From an uncultured virus (IMG/VR IMGVR_UViG_3300025033_000017) (taxonomy: Duplodnaviria > Heunggongvirae > Uroviricota > Caudoviricetes): a DNA stretch of 64,000 nt. The stretch lies in the IMG/VR virus record IMGVR_UViG_3300025033_000017, one strand, 5' to 3'. Below are positions 10,362 through 20,214 of this stretch, piece by piece (position 1 is the first letter of the stretch; every line of letters begins with the position of its first letter). The translations under genes and the position numbers were made by a program. The notes under the pieces were generated by a model. The model saw nothing but the letters and a program-made list of their open reading frames with translations. It was not told the origin of the DNA and searched no databases.

Positions 10362-10697
10362 ATGCAGTTTTTAAATGGTCTTCAACTTACCAACAGTCAG
10401 GTAACTATCAGCGGAACCACAGCGGTATCGCTGTTCAGTTATCCAACATCAACATTGGTTGGTGGTGAGTTGATGATTTTAGCCGAACAAGGTTCGGCTA
10501 AAATGATTACGAAACTTCTGTTCATTACTGATGGTACTGCTACAGCAATAACCGATGAATATGCGACGATCACTATAGGAACATTCACAGACGTTCCGAC
10601 GTTCTATGCATCGTATCTATCCGGAACATGCACAGTCTTCGCAAACTGTCCAACGTCAACAACATATAAAACAACTTACTCGATTGTGACAAACTAA
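10362..10697 (+). CDS. Hypothetical structural protein
   Basis: ORF in the operon between the fibre gene and gp13. Confidence 0.6.
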   Translation: MQFLNGLQLTNSQVTISGTTAVSLFSYPTSTLVGGELMILAEQGSAKMITKLLFITDGTATAITDEYATITIGTFTDVPTFYASYLSGTCTVFANCPTSTTYKTTYSIVTN

Positions 10698-10698
10698 C

Positions 10699-11625
10699 AT
10701 GGCAATATATTCAAGACAGGATTTGGCTGATTACGCACTTAGAAAATTAGGTGCTCCGGTAATCAATATCGAGGTTGCTGATGCACAATTATCTGATGCA
10801 ATTGACGACACCATCCGAATGTTTCAAGAATATCATCCAGACGGTATCACTCGTGACTATGTGAAGCACCAGTTCACCGCTACGAAAATCACTGTTGACT
10901 CCGTTACTGGAATTTCTGTAGGAATTCAACTTAGCACGAGTGGTGGCAGTGCTTCCGTGCTATCGATTTCGGGAAATGACGTATACGTAGCAAAGACTAC
11001 GGGCAACCTTTTCTTAGTTAACGATATATTGGAGTTTACTGGTGGCACATGTACGGTGACTGCGATTGTGTATGGCGACGCGGATAACAAGTATATTCCT
11101 ATCGGAAATGATATTGTTGGTATTGAGCGTGTTCTACCTTGGCAGCCATCATACGGCGATGGATTGTTTGATATTACGTATCAACTACGCATGAATGATC
11201 TAAGAAATTTGGCTGGCGGTAACATGAGTTATTTCACCATGTCAATGGAATACATTTCAATGTTGGACTTCTTCCTACGTAAAGAGAAGCAATTCAGATT
11301 CAATCGTCGTATGGGAAACCTATATTTGGACATTGATTGGAATGCCGAGGTCGTCCCTGGGCAATATGTCGTTATTGAAGTATATCGTATCGTTGATGAT
11401 GAAACGTATACCGATCTTTATAATGATATCTGGATTAAGAAGTATGCCACAGAGAAGGTAAAACTTCAATGGGGAAACAATCTTCGCAAGTACAAGGATC
11501 TGGCGCTTCCTGGTGGTGCATATCTAAACGGCGAAAACATCATGATAGAGGCCACGGAAGCACTCAAGGAACTTGAAGCCGACATGATCAATAACCAAGC
11601 TCCATTGCAAATGATGTTAGGATAA
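10699..11625 (+). CDS. gp13: Neck protein gp13
   Basis: LRKLGAPVINIEV and QWGNNLRKY...LPGG motifs; T4 synteny. Confidence 0.92.
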   Translation: MAIYSRQDLADYALRKLGAPVINIEVADAQLSDAIDDTIRMFQEYHPDGITRDYVKHQFTATKITVDSVTGISVGIQLSTSGGSASVLSISGNDVYVAKTTGNLFLVNDILEFTGGTCTVTAIVYGDADNKYIPIGNDIVGIERVLPWQPSYGDGLFDITYQLRMNDLRNLAGGNMSYFTMSMEYISMLDFFLRKEKQFRFNRRMGNLYLDIDWNAEVVPGQYVVIEVYRIVDDETYTDLYNDIWIKKYATEKVKLQWGNNLRKYKDLALPGGAYLNGENIMIEATEALKELEADMINNQAPLQMMLG

Positions 11626-11628
11626 CGA

Positions 11629-12363
11629 ATGGCAGGTCTAGCCAATCCATACTTCAATAAGCAACCGGTGAATGAACAGACTCTGTTACAGGGAATCGTA
11701 ACGGAAGCCATACAAGTCTCGGGGTTCAATGCATTCTATCTTCCAAGACAAACTCAGAATCTTGATCTAGTGTTAGGTGAGGATGTCGTTTCAAAGTTTG
11801 ACAAGCATATCGAGATTGAAATTTATCAGGACTCGTTCTCTGGATTCCAGGGTCAACAAGAAATGATTTCGAAGTTCGGTCTTGAAATTCGCAACCAGAT
11901 CGTGTTTCAAATATCGGTTACTAGATGGGCAGTGGAGAAGGATGCGATTGCTTCCGTCATGATGAATGGTGGCGATCGTCCGCAAGAAGGCGATTTGATA
12001 TATGATCCGATTACTAAACGCCTTTATAATATTGTTTATATAGACTTCGATTGGCAATTTGTCCAGTTGGGTAAGATGACGTATTCTTACAAAATAACCA
12101 CTGAACAATATCAATTTGCTAATGACGTTGGCACCACGGGTATTACCGAACTTGATGATGCAATCAATCTAGTCAATACAAATCAATATGACTTCGAATT
12201 GATGCAGGAAAGTGGATTTAGACTTCTACAGGAAGATGGTTCATCGATTTTCCAAGAACATTCAAATGCATCTCCTCTACAATATGATTCGTCGGCAGCA
12301 CTCAATATCGCGGTTGGACCGATCAAGTTCAACGACAATGATCCGTTCAATAGTCTACTATAA
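11629..12363 (+). CDS. gp14: Neck protein gp14
   Basis: YLPR...GED..SKF, SKFGLEIR and RPQEGDLIY motifs. Confidence 0.92.
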   Translation: MAGLANPYFNKQPVNEQTLLQGIVTEAIQVSGFNAFYLPRQTQNLDLVLGEDVVSKFDKHIEIEIYQDSFSGFQGQQEMISKFGLEIRNQIVFQISVTRWAVEKDAIASVMMNGGDRPQEGDLIYDPITKRLYNIVYIDFDWQFVQLGKMTYSYKITTEQYQFANDVGTTGITELDDAINLVNTNQYDFELMQESGFRLLQEDGSSIFQEHSNASPLQYDSSAALNIAVGPIKFNDNDPFNSLL

Positions 12364-13103
12364 TGTTCAAAAATAATCCTTACTACCATAAATCGATACG
12401 TAATGCGGTCATTGCATTCGGTAATCTTTTCTCCGGAATTCATCTAGTCGATTATGAATCAACAGGAAAGGCTATCAGAAACGTTGAAGTTCCCATTTCA
12501 TTTGCCAGAAAACAACAGTGGTTACAACGTATTCAAGGTGACCCCGAGTTTCTGAAAAAGTTCGAAGCGGAGTTGCCTCGAATTTCATTTGATATCATAT
12601 CAATGGAATATCAAGCAGGAAAGAAAATCGGCAATCACTTCGATCATATGCTTATAAACTGTGGAGTACCAAAAACAGTGGGTTCACCTGCACCTTGGAG
12701 ACTTACATTTGAACTTTCGGCATACTGCAAGACTGTTGATGATTCGCTACAGATTAAGGAACAAATTCTTCCTTACTTCACTCCATCATTGGCGTTAAAT
12801 TACTTGCTTCTTCCCGAATACAACTTCTCGATGGACGTACCTGTTACTCTGTTGAGTATAACTGATGAAGATAATTATGATGATCTTCATTCAAATAGAC
12901 GGATAATCGATACATATACGTTTGCGATGGACGTTCAACTGTTCGGACCGACTTCTAATAATGTTGGAGTCATTAAGGAAACGATTGCAAATATCAACAC
13001 GATGGACGGTACTCCAATGGAAACAAATAATTCTGTTGTCGTGCCAAGAACAGCAAATAAGACGGATGCTTATACGATTGCTGCAAACTGGACGATACTA
13101 TGA
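12363..13103 (+). CDS. gp15: Tail sheath stabiliser/completion protein gp15
   Basis: YHKSIR...FGNLF, LPRISF and EQILPYFTP motifs. Confidence 0.92.
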   Translation: MFKNNPYYHKSIRNAVIAFGNLFSGIHLVDYESTGKAIRNVEVPISFARKQQWLQRIQGDPEFLKKFEAELPRISFDIISMEYQAGKKIGNHFDHMLINCGVPKTVGSPAPWRLTFELSAYCKTVDDSLQIKEQILPYFTPSLALNYLLLPEYNFSMDVPVTLLSITDEDNYDDLHSNRRIIDTYTFAMDVQLFGPTSNNVGVIKETIANINTMDGTPMETNNSVVVPRTANKTDAYTIAANWTIL

Positions 13104-13528
13104 AAGAAATTGAAAAGATGCTCAACATAGTACCATCAGATATTCATTCTGCTGAGCTAAGTTTGTCTGCGATTATGCCTCAAGAAGTTGAAACTCCAGA
13201 GGATCCAGATTTTGCATACGCTCGTCTGAATTTATATTCGATCATGGAACAAGGTAAGATGGCGTTAGAAGGTGCCTTGCGCGTGGCCGAACAGTCGGAG
13301 AATCCACGTGCATATGAAGTGGTTGGTGGGCTTATTGGTCAAATGGCTGCATTAAATAAAACACTAATGCAACTAGGTAAGGATAAAGAAGACGTAAAGA
13401 CCGCTCGGAAGGGCAATAGTTCGCCGACTGCGGCCACGCAAGCCTCAGTAATGAATAATACAGCAATATTTGTCGGTTCAGGCAACGATATTAATAAACT
13501 AATCGCAGAGAGATTGGGTAATAAATGA
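13100..13528 (+). CDS. gp16: Terminase small subunit gp16
   Basis: DFAYARLNL, SENPRAYEV and NNTAIFVGS motifs. Confidence 0.9.
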   Translation: MKEIEKMLNIVPSDIHSAELSLSAIMPQEVETPEDPDFAYARLNLYSIMEQGKMALEGALRVAEQSENPRAYEVVGGLIGQMAALNKTLMQLGKDKEDVKTARKGNSSPTAATQASVMNNTAIFVGSGNDINKLIAERLGNK

Positions 13529-13803
13529 AAACATTCAAAGAGTTCGTAAAAGAAGCAAAATGGGTAACCGACCCGGAAGAACCCGCTACAGGGCTAAAAC
13601 GCGGAGATTCTGTTTATCATAGGGAAAATGGGCATACGCTTAGAACTGCAACGTATCTTCAAACTGATACTAAGAATGGTGATCATATTATCAAACACAA
13701 GGTACAGGATAAAGATGAACTCGCCGGCGGAATCCGGCGAGTAAAAGCAAAGGACGTATTCCGGGACCCGGGTGACGCTTGGAAGAATCCGTATAAAGTA
13801 TGA
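13525..13803 (+). CDS. Small putative internal head protein
   Basis: N-terminus MKTFKEFVKE resembles the T4 capsid-targeting sequence MKTYQEFIAE. Confidence 0.6.
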   Translation: MKTFKEFVKEAKWVTDPEEPATGLKRGDSVYHRENGHTLRTATYLQTDTKNGDHIIKHKVQDKDELAGGIRRVKAKDVFRDPGDAWKNPYKV

Positions 13804-13859
13804 AAACATTCATAGAATTTGTTCTTTCAGTCCGAGTTTATCATGGTCTATATGCGTAA
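13800..13859 (+). pseudogene. 19-codon remnant beginning with a capsid-targeting-like sequence
   Basis: ATGA-coupled MKTFIEFVLSVRVYHGLYA, then stop. Confidence 0.35.
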
Positions 13860-13868
13860 GAAGGATAA

Positions 13869-15491
13869 ATGATAGAATTATCCCAAATTGAGGAATATTT
13901 ACAGCATCTTTCCTTTAAATCGAACCCCAATCTTAGACCTGTAAATTCACCCATCGAATATACTGAGGAAATGCTTGATGAATATATCAAGTGTTCCCAG
14001 GACCCGATATATTTTATATGTAAGTACGTCAAGGTAGTTCACCCTGATCGCGGTGTAGTCCTTATGGAATTGTACGACTATCAGAAAGAGATGGTCGATT
14101 CATATTATCATAACAGATTTTCTATCGTTCGAACAGCCCGGCAGCAGGGCAAAACCCAAACTGCCGCTGCATTTTTCGTTTGGTATATCATATTCAACGA
14201 TAATAAGTCTGTTGCTGTTCTCGCCAATAAGCAAGCAACCTCCGATGAAATTCTATCACGTATCAGAATGTCATATGAGAATCTTCCTAAGTGGTTGCAG
14301 ATGGGCGTCAAGGTTTTTAATAGAAGATCGATTGAACTAGAGAATGGTTCAAAGTTATTCGGTGCTGCCACATCAAGTTCTGGTATTCGTGGTAAAACAA
14401 TCAATCTTCTGTATATCGATGAAATGGCGTTCATTCAGAATACAGCCTTTGAGGAATTCTTCACGTCGGTATATCCAACAATTACGGCTTCACGGGATGC
14501 CCGCGTAATTCTTACCAGTACGCCTAATGGTTTCAATCATTTTTACAAGTTCTGGTCTGATGCAGAAAAAGGAATAAACGGTTTCAATCCAGTTCGTGTT
14601 CATTGGTATCAAACTCCTGGAAGAGATCAGAAATGGTTCGAGTCTCAGATGGCGATTCTGGGTGAACAAAAGGGAGCACAGGAAATTCTTGCTGAGTTCA
14701 TGGGTTCGAGTAGACAATTACTGTCAGCAACAACCATGGCAACGCTTACATATGACATTCCAATAAAGACATATGAAGGCGAATTCGCTGGGCTAAAGGT
14801 CTACAAAACTCCAGAGAAAGATCGCGTATATACCATGACTGTTGACGTATCAAGAGGTCGTCATTTGGATGCCTCTGCATTCTCAATATTCGACGTAACC
14901 GAATATCCGCATCGAGTTGCCGCAACATATAAGAACAATGAAGTTCCCCCTTTGATGTACGCGGGCATTTGTTTCAATATGGCAAAAAATTATAATGAAG
15001 CATTTATTCTAGTAGAAATCAATGATGTTGGTGCCCAGGTGGCTGATGAACTCTTTCACACCTACGAATATGAGAATCTTTACTGGACCAAATCCGGTGA
15101 CGTACTAGGTAAGAAAGGTGCCGACCCGTATCCTGGCATTAGAACGACCAAAAAGACTAAACGGATTGGTTGTGCAAACTTGAAGGATATCGTAGAGAGA
15201 AATCAACTTATCGTAAATGATGCCGATACGATAACCGAACTAAGTACATTCGTTCAAGCAGACTCTGGTACATGGGAAGCCGATGATGGATTCCATGATG
15301 ATATGGTTGCAACTTTATGGTTATTCGCTTGGTTGGTAACTCAACCGTGGTTCGTTGATCTTACTGATAGAAGCATGAGAAATAAGATGTATCTAGCCAA
15401 GGAAAAGGAGATGGAAGACTCCTTGACTCCGTTCGGTTTTATACAAGACGGATTATCTGATGAACTAGAAGAAGTAAATCTCAACTGGTAA
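13869..15491 (+). CDS. gp17: Terminase large subunit gp17
   Basis: Walker A ARQQGKT, Walker B LLYIDE, TSTPNG, nuclease DVSRG and HDDMV motifs; uninterrupted. Confidence 0.97.
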   Translation: MIELSQIEEYLQHLSFKSNPNLRPVNSPIEYTEEMLDEYIKCSQDPIYFICKYVKVVHPDRGVVLMELYDYQKEMVDSYYHNRFSIVRTARQQGKTQTAAAFFVWYIIFNDNKSVAVLANKQATSDEILSRIRMSYENLPKWLQMGVKVFNRRSIELENGSKLFGAATSSSGIRGKTINLLYIDEMAFIQNTAFEEFFTSVYPTITASRDARVILTSTPNGFNHFYKFWSDAEKGINGFNPVRVHWYQTPGRDQKWFESQMAILGEQKGAQEILAEFMGSSRQLLSATTMATLTYDIPIKTYEGEFAGLKVYKTPEKDRVYTMTVDVSRGRHLDASAFSIFDVTEYPHRVAATYKNNEVPPLMYAGICFNMAKNYNEAFILVEINDVGAQVADELFHTYEYENLYWTKSGDVLGKKGADPYPGIRTTKKTKRIGCANLKDIVERNQLIVNDADTITELSTFVQADSGTWEADDGFHDDMVATLWLFAWLVTQPWFVDLTDRSMRNKMYLAKEKEMEDSLTPFGFIQDGLSDELEEVNLNW

Positions 15492-15735
15492 GCGAACGAA
15501 GCGAGTGCGGCGAATTCGCTAATGGTTTAAATTACCATACGCAACGGCAGCGACCGGAGGGATAGTGCATAAGTAGTAATCAATGGGAGATAATGCACAA
15601 TCTAGCGAACTTCGTTCGCGCTCGCTTCGCTCGTAGATTCATTTGGATTTAGATTAGAACTTATAAGATGCATCCATGAATTTACCATCTAGCACCCATT
15701 CATTAATGCTAACACTGCGCGGTTATTTTTGTCAA
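15492..15735 (-). repeat. Non-coding structured element, copy 1, with leftward sigma70-like promoter
   Basis: 15528-15570 is identical (43 bp) to 63353-63395; 15603-15634 matches 63410-63441 with one mismatch; imperfect inverted arms at 15492-15521 and 15603-15634; minus-strand TTGACA (15735-15730) and TG-T-TAGCAT (15711-15706). Confidence 0.8.
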
Positions 15736-15769
15736 ATTTATTTGTTACGGTTCATTGAAATCAATGACA

Positions 15770-15777
15770 TATAAATA
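15770..15777 (+). promoter_or_regulatory. T4-type late promoter upstream of gp18
   Basis: TATAAATA. Confidence 0.6.
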
Positions 15778-15892
15778 TTTGACAATTGCGTTTTCTTGTG
15801 ATTTTGAAGTCTAAATAAGTGCAAAACAAGAGAAGTGCTAAATATATTTGTGAAAATATTCACCAAATGTTATAATTTTAAGGAGTTTTAGA

Positions 15893-17890
15893 ATGCCTAT
15901 CCAAACAAGCCCAAGTGTGGCCATTGTCGAAACCGACTTTTCTCAAATAGTGCCTCTTGCGGCTACTGGCGCTGGCGCAATCGTCGGTCAGTTCCCAACT
16001 GGGCCACTTCTACAACCTGTTCTATGTACATCAACAACTGATCTACAGAATTACTTCGGAACACCAAATAACGACAACTACAAAGAATGGTTTACTGCAT
16101 GGAACTTCCTGCAATATTCCGGTTCTCTTTGGGTTACTCGTATCCAAGCCACTGGTGTAATGAATGCCGCTGCTAAGAAGTCCGGTTCAACATCTGGAAT
16201 TCTTCTTGGTAATCAAACTGCATATGATATGTCTACTGAGCTAAGTCTAACTACCGCTGGCGAGTGGATTTGTAAGCAACCAGGTGCTCTAGGAAATGCA
16301 CTCGAAGTTATCATGATTGATAACGGAACATGGGCAACCTTTCAAGCAGATTATAACAAGTCTCTGTCATACAACGTTGCTACGGCTGCAATCGCTACCG
16401 ACGTTGCTACGATTACTGGTTCAGGTTTCCCATTCGCAACCGGGGATAGCGTGACTCTTGCTGGATTTATCGGCGACGACGCAGTATTCAACGGCACCCA
16501 TACTCTTGCATCTGCATCTTCAGGGTCGTTGACGTTTGCGATCACTTCGGTTGATTATTCGGCAGCAAGTATCTCTACCGCTTGCACTGTAACAGGTAAT
16601 GCTCTGTACATGAGTGAAAGCCGTCACCTATATTCATATTTGAAGTTTGGTAAACCAACAACAACAACGTTCATGTCAGCTACAAATGCCGCTGTTATGG
16701 ACGAACTAACGGTTTTCGTTATCGATAAAACTGGTGCAATTACCGGTGTTGCTGGTCGCATTCTTGAGTTGTGGGAAGGACTATCTAAGGTAGCAGATGC
16801 AACGAACTATCTTGGTCAAGGTATCTACTACGCAACGTTCATGAACGTAAATTCAAACTGGTGTTACTGGGCTTCTGAACCTTCTACCGGAACTGGTCTT
16901 GCATGGGGTAACGTATCTTCAACGTATTCTACTGGCGTTGCTCAACAAATGACTACCCTGTATGTCGTTTCCATGTCTGCCGGTGATGACGGTTCGTTGA
17001 CTGGACCTGAAAAGATCGCTGCACTACAAAACGCATATTCAGTATACTCCGATAAAGAACAGATTCCTCTCGCATACATCATGACTGTTGATTATCCAGC
17101 CAACGTTGTTCAATATGCAGTTGATATCGCCGAAACTCGCCGCGATTGTATCGTGTTTGTCTCCGCTAACAACAGCGGAGTACCATTCACCGCTGCTTCG
17201 ACCGTTGTTAATGATCTTCAAACCTTCCGCGGTGTGACGCTGAATGTAAACAGTTCATACGCATTCCTAGACTCCGGTTACAAGTATCAATTCGACGGAT
17301 TCAACCAAGTTTATCGTTGGATTCCTCTGAACGGTGACACCGCTGGTCTATGCGCAAACCTAGATGCAAACTATCAATCTTGGTTCTCTCCAGCCGGTTT
17401 CACCCGCGGTCAAATCAAGAATGCTGTCAAGATTTCGACTCCATTGAATCAAGCTGCACGTGATATTCTGTATCCTCAGCAAGTCAATGCAGTTGTTTCT
17501 TTCCCTACCAAGGGTACAGTCCTGTTTGGTGACCGCACAATGCAATCCAAGCAATCTGCTTTCCAAAGCTACAACATTCGTAGACTGTTTATCATTCTTA
17601 AGAAGTCCATTCAAACTGCCGCTCAATATCAGTTGTTTGAGTTGAATACACCTAACACCCGTAATAACTTTGTGGGTATGGTGAAGCCATTCTTGGCAAG
17701 CGTAAAAGCAAATCAAGGTTTGGCAGACTTCTTGGTTGTGTGTGACAGTACAAACAACACGGACGCAACAATCGCAGCCGGGCAGTTCATTGCTGATATT
17801 TACATCAAGCCACTATATTCAATCCAATACGTTGTATTGAATTTCGTTGCTGTGAAGTCATCGGTGCAGTTCAACACACTACACGCCTAA
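15893..17890 (+). CDS. gp18: Tail sheath protein gp18
   Basis: SPSVAIVETD, WFTAWNFLQY, WFSPAGFTRGQIKN and NIRRLF motifs. Confidence 0.96.
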   Translation: MPIQTSPSVAIVETDFSQIVPLAATGAGAIVGQFPTGPLLQPVLCTSTTDLQNYFGTPNNDNYKEWFTAWNFLQYSGSLWVTRIQATGVMNAAAKKSGSTSGILLGNQTAYDMSTELSLTTAGEWICKQPGALGNALEVIMIDNGTWATFQADYNKSLSYNVATAAIATDVATITGSGFPFATGDSVTLAGFIGDDAVFNGTHTLASASSGSLTFAITSVDYSAASISTACTVTGNALYMSESRHLYSYLKFGKPTTTTFMSATNAAVMDELTVFVIDKTGAITGVAGRILELWEGLSKVADATNYLGQGIYYATFMNVNSNWCYWASEPSTGTGLAWGNVSSTYSTGVAQQMTTLYVVSMSAGDDGSLTGPEKIAALQNAYSVYSDKEQIPLAYIMTVDYPANVVQYAVDIAETRRDCIVFVSANNSGVPFTAASTVVNDLQTFRGVTLNVNSSYAFLDSGYKYQFDGFNQVYRWIPLNGDTAGLCANLDANYQSWFSPAGFTRGQIKNAVKISTPLNQAARDILYPQQVNAVVSFPTKGTVLFGDRTMQSKQSAFQSYNIRRLFIILKKSIQTAAQYQLFELNTPNTRNNFVGMVKPFLASVKANQGLADFLVVCDSTNNTDATIAAGQFIADIYIKPLYSIQYVVLNFVAVKSSVQFNTLHA

Positions 17891-17901
17891 CATTATAACG
17901 G

Positions 17902-17921
17902 AGAGGGAGTAAAATCCCTCT
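17902..17921 (+). other. Intergenic hairpin between gp18 and gp19
   Basis: AGAGGGA/TCCCTCT inverted repeat. Confidence 0.45.
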
Positions 17922-17952
17922 CTAAATAAAACAGTAACAAGGAGAAAGCCAA

Positions 17953-18543
17953 ATGGCAAATTTGACAAGTTTTAGAGAAACAATTGGTGGTGGTGTTCGC
18001 CCTAACCAGTTTGAAGTTCAACTTACCGATTTTGGTGGACCAATGTTTATCGACAACGGGGTGTTCTCATTCCTGTGTCATGCATCAAGTCTACCGGGCA
18101 GCACAATCGGACAAGCAACCGCCTTTCACCGCGGTCGTGCAGTACCTTTAGCAGGTGAGCGTATATTCGAACCTTGGACAGTCACGATTTATGCTGATCA
18201 GGGAATGGAAATTCGTACCGCCTTTGAACAGTGGTCCTCATACATTAACGACTACGCAAATAACTCTGGCGAAACAACGCCTTCGAATTATTCCGCAAGT
18301 GGTTACGTTATGCTTCTTGATCGTGCATCGAATCCTATCAAGACGTATCAAGTTATTGGTATCTGGCCAATAAATATTTCCGATATGCAACTCGGCTGGC
18401 AACAAAATGACGTTCTAGCAGAGTTTACCGTAACTTTCGCTGTAACAAGCATTGATCCAATGGCATCAACTCCTGGTCTGATTACAGCAGGTGACGATCC
18501 TACTATGGGTGGTTCCGCGCGAAACAATCCTGCAATCGCTTAA
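17953..18543 (+). CDS. gp19: Tail tube protein gp19
   Basis: GGVRPNQFEV, AGERIFEPWTVT and WPINIS motifs. Confidence 0.95.
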   Translation: MANLTSFRETIGGGVRPNQFEVQLTDFGGPMFIDNGVFSFLCHASSLPGSTIGQATAFHRGRAVPLAGERIFEPWTVTIYADQGMEIRTAFEQWSSYINDYANNSGETTPSNYSASGYVMLLDRASNPIKTYQVIGIWPINISDMQLGWQQNDVLAEFTVTFAVTSIDPMASTPGLITAGDDPTMGGSARNNPAIA

Positions 18544-18562
18544 TTGGAATTAGAATTACTTT

Positions 18563-20200
18563 ATGATTAATTTATTTGGATGGCAGTTTGGAAAGAAGAC
18601 AGCAACCGATGAAATCGAGTCGGTTGCTCATTCTATTGTTGCACCGGATATTGATGACGGCACAATGCAAGTTTCCGCGGCCGCATCATATTACGGTTAT
18701 TATGTTGATATGGATGGTACTGTCAAGGATGAAATCCAAGCCATATCCAAATATCGTGAGATTTCTCTTTACCCAGAGGTCGATATCGCAATTCAGGATA
18801 TCGTGAACGAAGCAATACCATACGAAGATGATTCGCCGTTGGTAGAAATCGCCTTGGACAGGTTGGAGGTGTCTGATCCCATAAAGGAAATAATAACCAA
18901 CGAATTTAAGGGTGTCCTTTCTCTACTGAAATTTTCAGAGAAGGCCTCTGACCTTTTTCGCCGCTGGTATGTTGATGGTAGAATCTACTTTAACGTTCTA
19001 ACTGGTAAAAATCAAAAAGACGGAATTTTAGAATTGCGTCCAATTGAATCAACAAAGATCAAGAAAGTCGCAGAAATATTGAAGGAAAAAGATCCTTCTG
19101 GTGTTGAAATCGTCAAGGGTGTGAAGGAGTATTATCTTTATTCTCAGTCGGGTTTCGTTCAACAGCCTAATTTAGCGCAACAACAAAACAGTGCGCCACA
19201 AGCCGGCGCAAGATTATCGCAAGATTCTGTTATCTATATTCCTTCTGGATTCATGGAACAGAATACTGGAGTAGTTCTAAGTTATTTGCAAAAGGCACTA
19301 AGACCTGCAAATCAACTGAGAATGTTGGAAGACGCGGTTGTTATTTACCGTATGTCTCGTGCGCCCGAGCGCAGAATATTTTATATTGACGTTGGTAACT
19401 TGCCTAAGGGTAAAGCAGAACAATACGTCAAAGATATTATGAATCGTTATCGTAATAAACTGGTATATGACACAAAGACTGGTGAAGTACGTGATGATAA
19501 GAAATATATGTCTATGATGGAAGATTTCTGGATGCCCCGGCGCGATGGTAATAAGGGCACAGAAATTACTACACTTCAAGGTGGACAAAATCTTGGCGAA
19601 TTGGCTGACGTGGAATATTTCCAAAATAAATTATATAATGCTCTAAATATTCCTATATCTAGAATGATGCCAGAAACTGGATTTAGTATGGGTCGTTCTA
19701 CAGAGATATCGCGTGATGAGGTAAAGTTTCAGAAGTTCATCGGCAAGATTCGTCGTAAGTTCTCTGAACTGTTCTTTGAAATTCTACGTACTCAGTTGAT
19801 TCTAAAGGGAATTATTGCTGAGGACGAATGGGACGAAATCAAAGAATCGATTACGTTTAGATTCCAGAAGGATAATTTCTTCGCCGAACTAAAGAATAAC
19901 GAGATTTTGTTGCAACGTGTTCAGACCGCACAAGCAATGGACATGATGTTGGGCAAATACTTCTCAGTTGAGTGGGTCGCTAAGAACGTGTTCATGCAAT
20001 CTGATGAAGAAATTAAAGAAATGCAACAACAGATGGCAGACGAATATGATACGCATCCTTGGTGGTTTACCGCAGAAGGAATGTATGAACAGCAACAACA
20101 AATGGCGTTGCAACAAAGCATGATGTCAATGCCACCAGGGCAAGATGATTCATTACCACCGCAACAAGGTCAGGGAATGCCTGATCCAAGTCAACAATAA
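18563..20200 (+). CDS. gp20: Portal vertex protein gp20
   Basis: RAPERRIFYIDVGNLPKGKAEQY and EDFWMPRR motifs. Confidence 0.97.
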   Translation: MINLFGWQFGKKTATDEIESVAHSIVAPDIDDGTMQVSAAASYYGYYVDMDGTVKDEIQAISKYREISLYPEVDIAIQDIVNEAIPYEDDSPLVEIALDRLEVSDPIKEIITNEFKGVLSLLKFSEKASDLFRRWYVDGRIYFNVLTGKNQKDGILELRPIESTKIKKVAEILKEKDPSGVEIVKGVKEYYLYSQSGFVQQPNLAQQQNSAPQAGARLSQDSVIYIPSGFMEQNTGVVLSYLQKALRPANQLRMLEDAVVIYRMSRAPERRIFYIDVGNLPKGKAEQYVKDIMNRYRNKLVYDTKTGEVRDDKKYMSMMEDFWMPRRDGNKGTEITTLQGGQNLGELADVEYFQNKLYNALNIPISRMMPETGFSMGRSTEISRDEVKFQKFIGKIRRKFSELFFEILRTQLILKGIIAEDEWDEIKESITFRFQKDNFFAELKNNEILLQRVQTAQAMDMMLGKYFSVEWVAKNVFMQSDEEIKEMQQQMADEYDTHPWWFTAEGMYEQQQQMALQQSMMSMPPGQDDSLPPQQGQGMPDPSQQ

Positions 20201-20214
20201 TTAGGAGTTTAGAA

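Noticed and set aside
1..10697. Diversity-generating retroelement acting on tail fibres
   Set aside because: No reverse transcriptase and no template/variable repeat pair differing at adenines seen in this window
15492..15640. CRISPR array or tRNA
   Set aside because: No regularly spaced repeat-spacer units and no cloverleaf; only two dispersed copies
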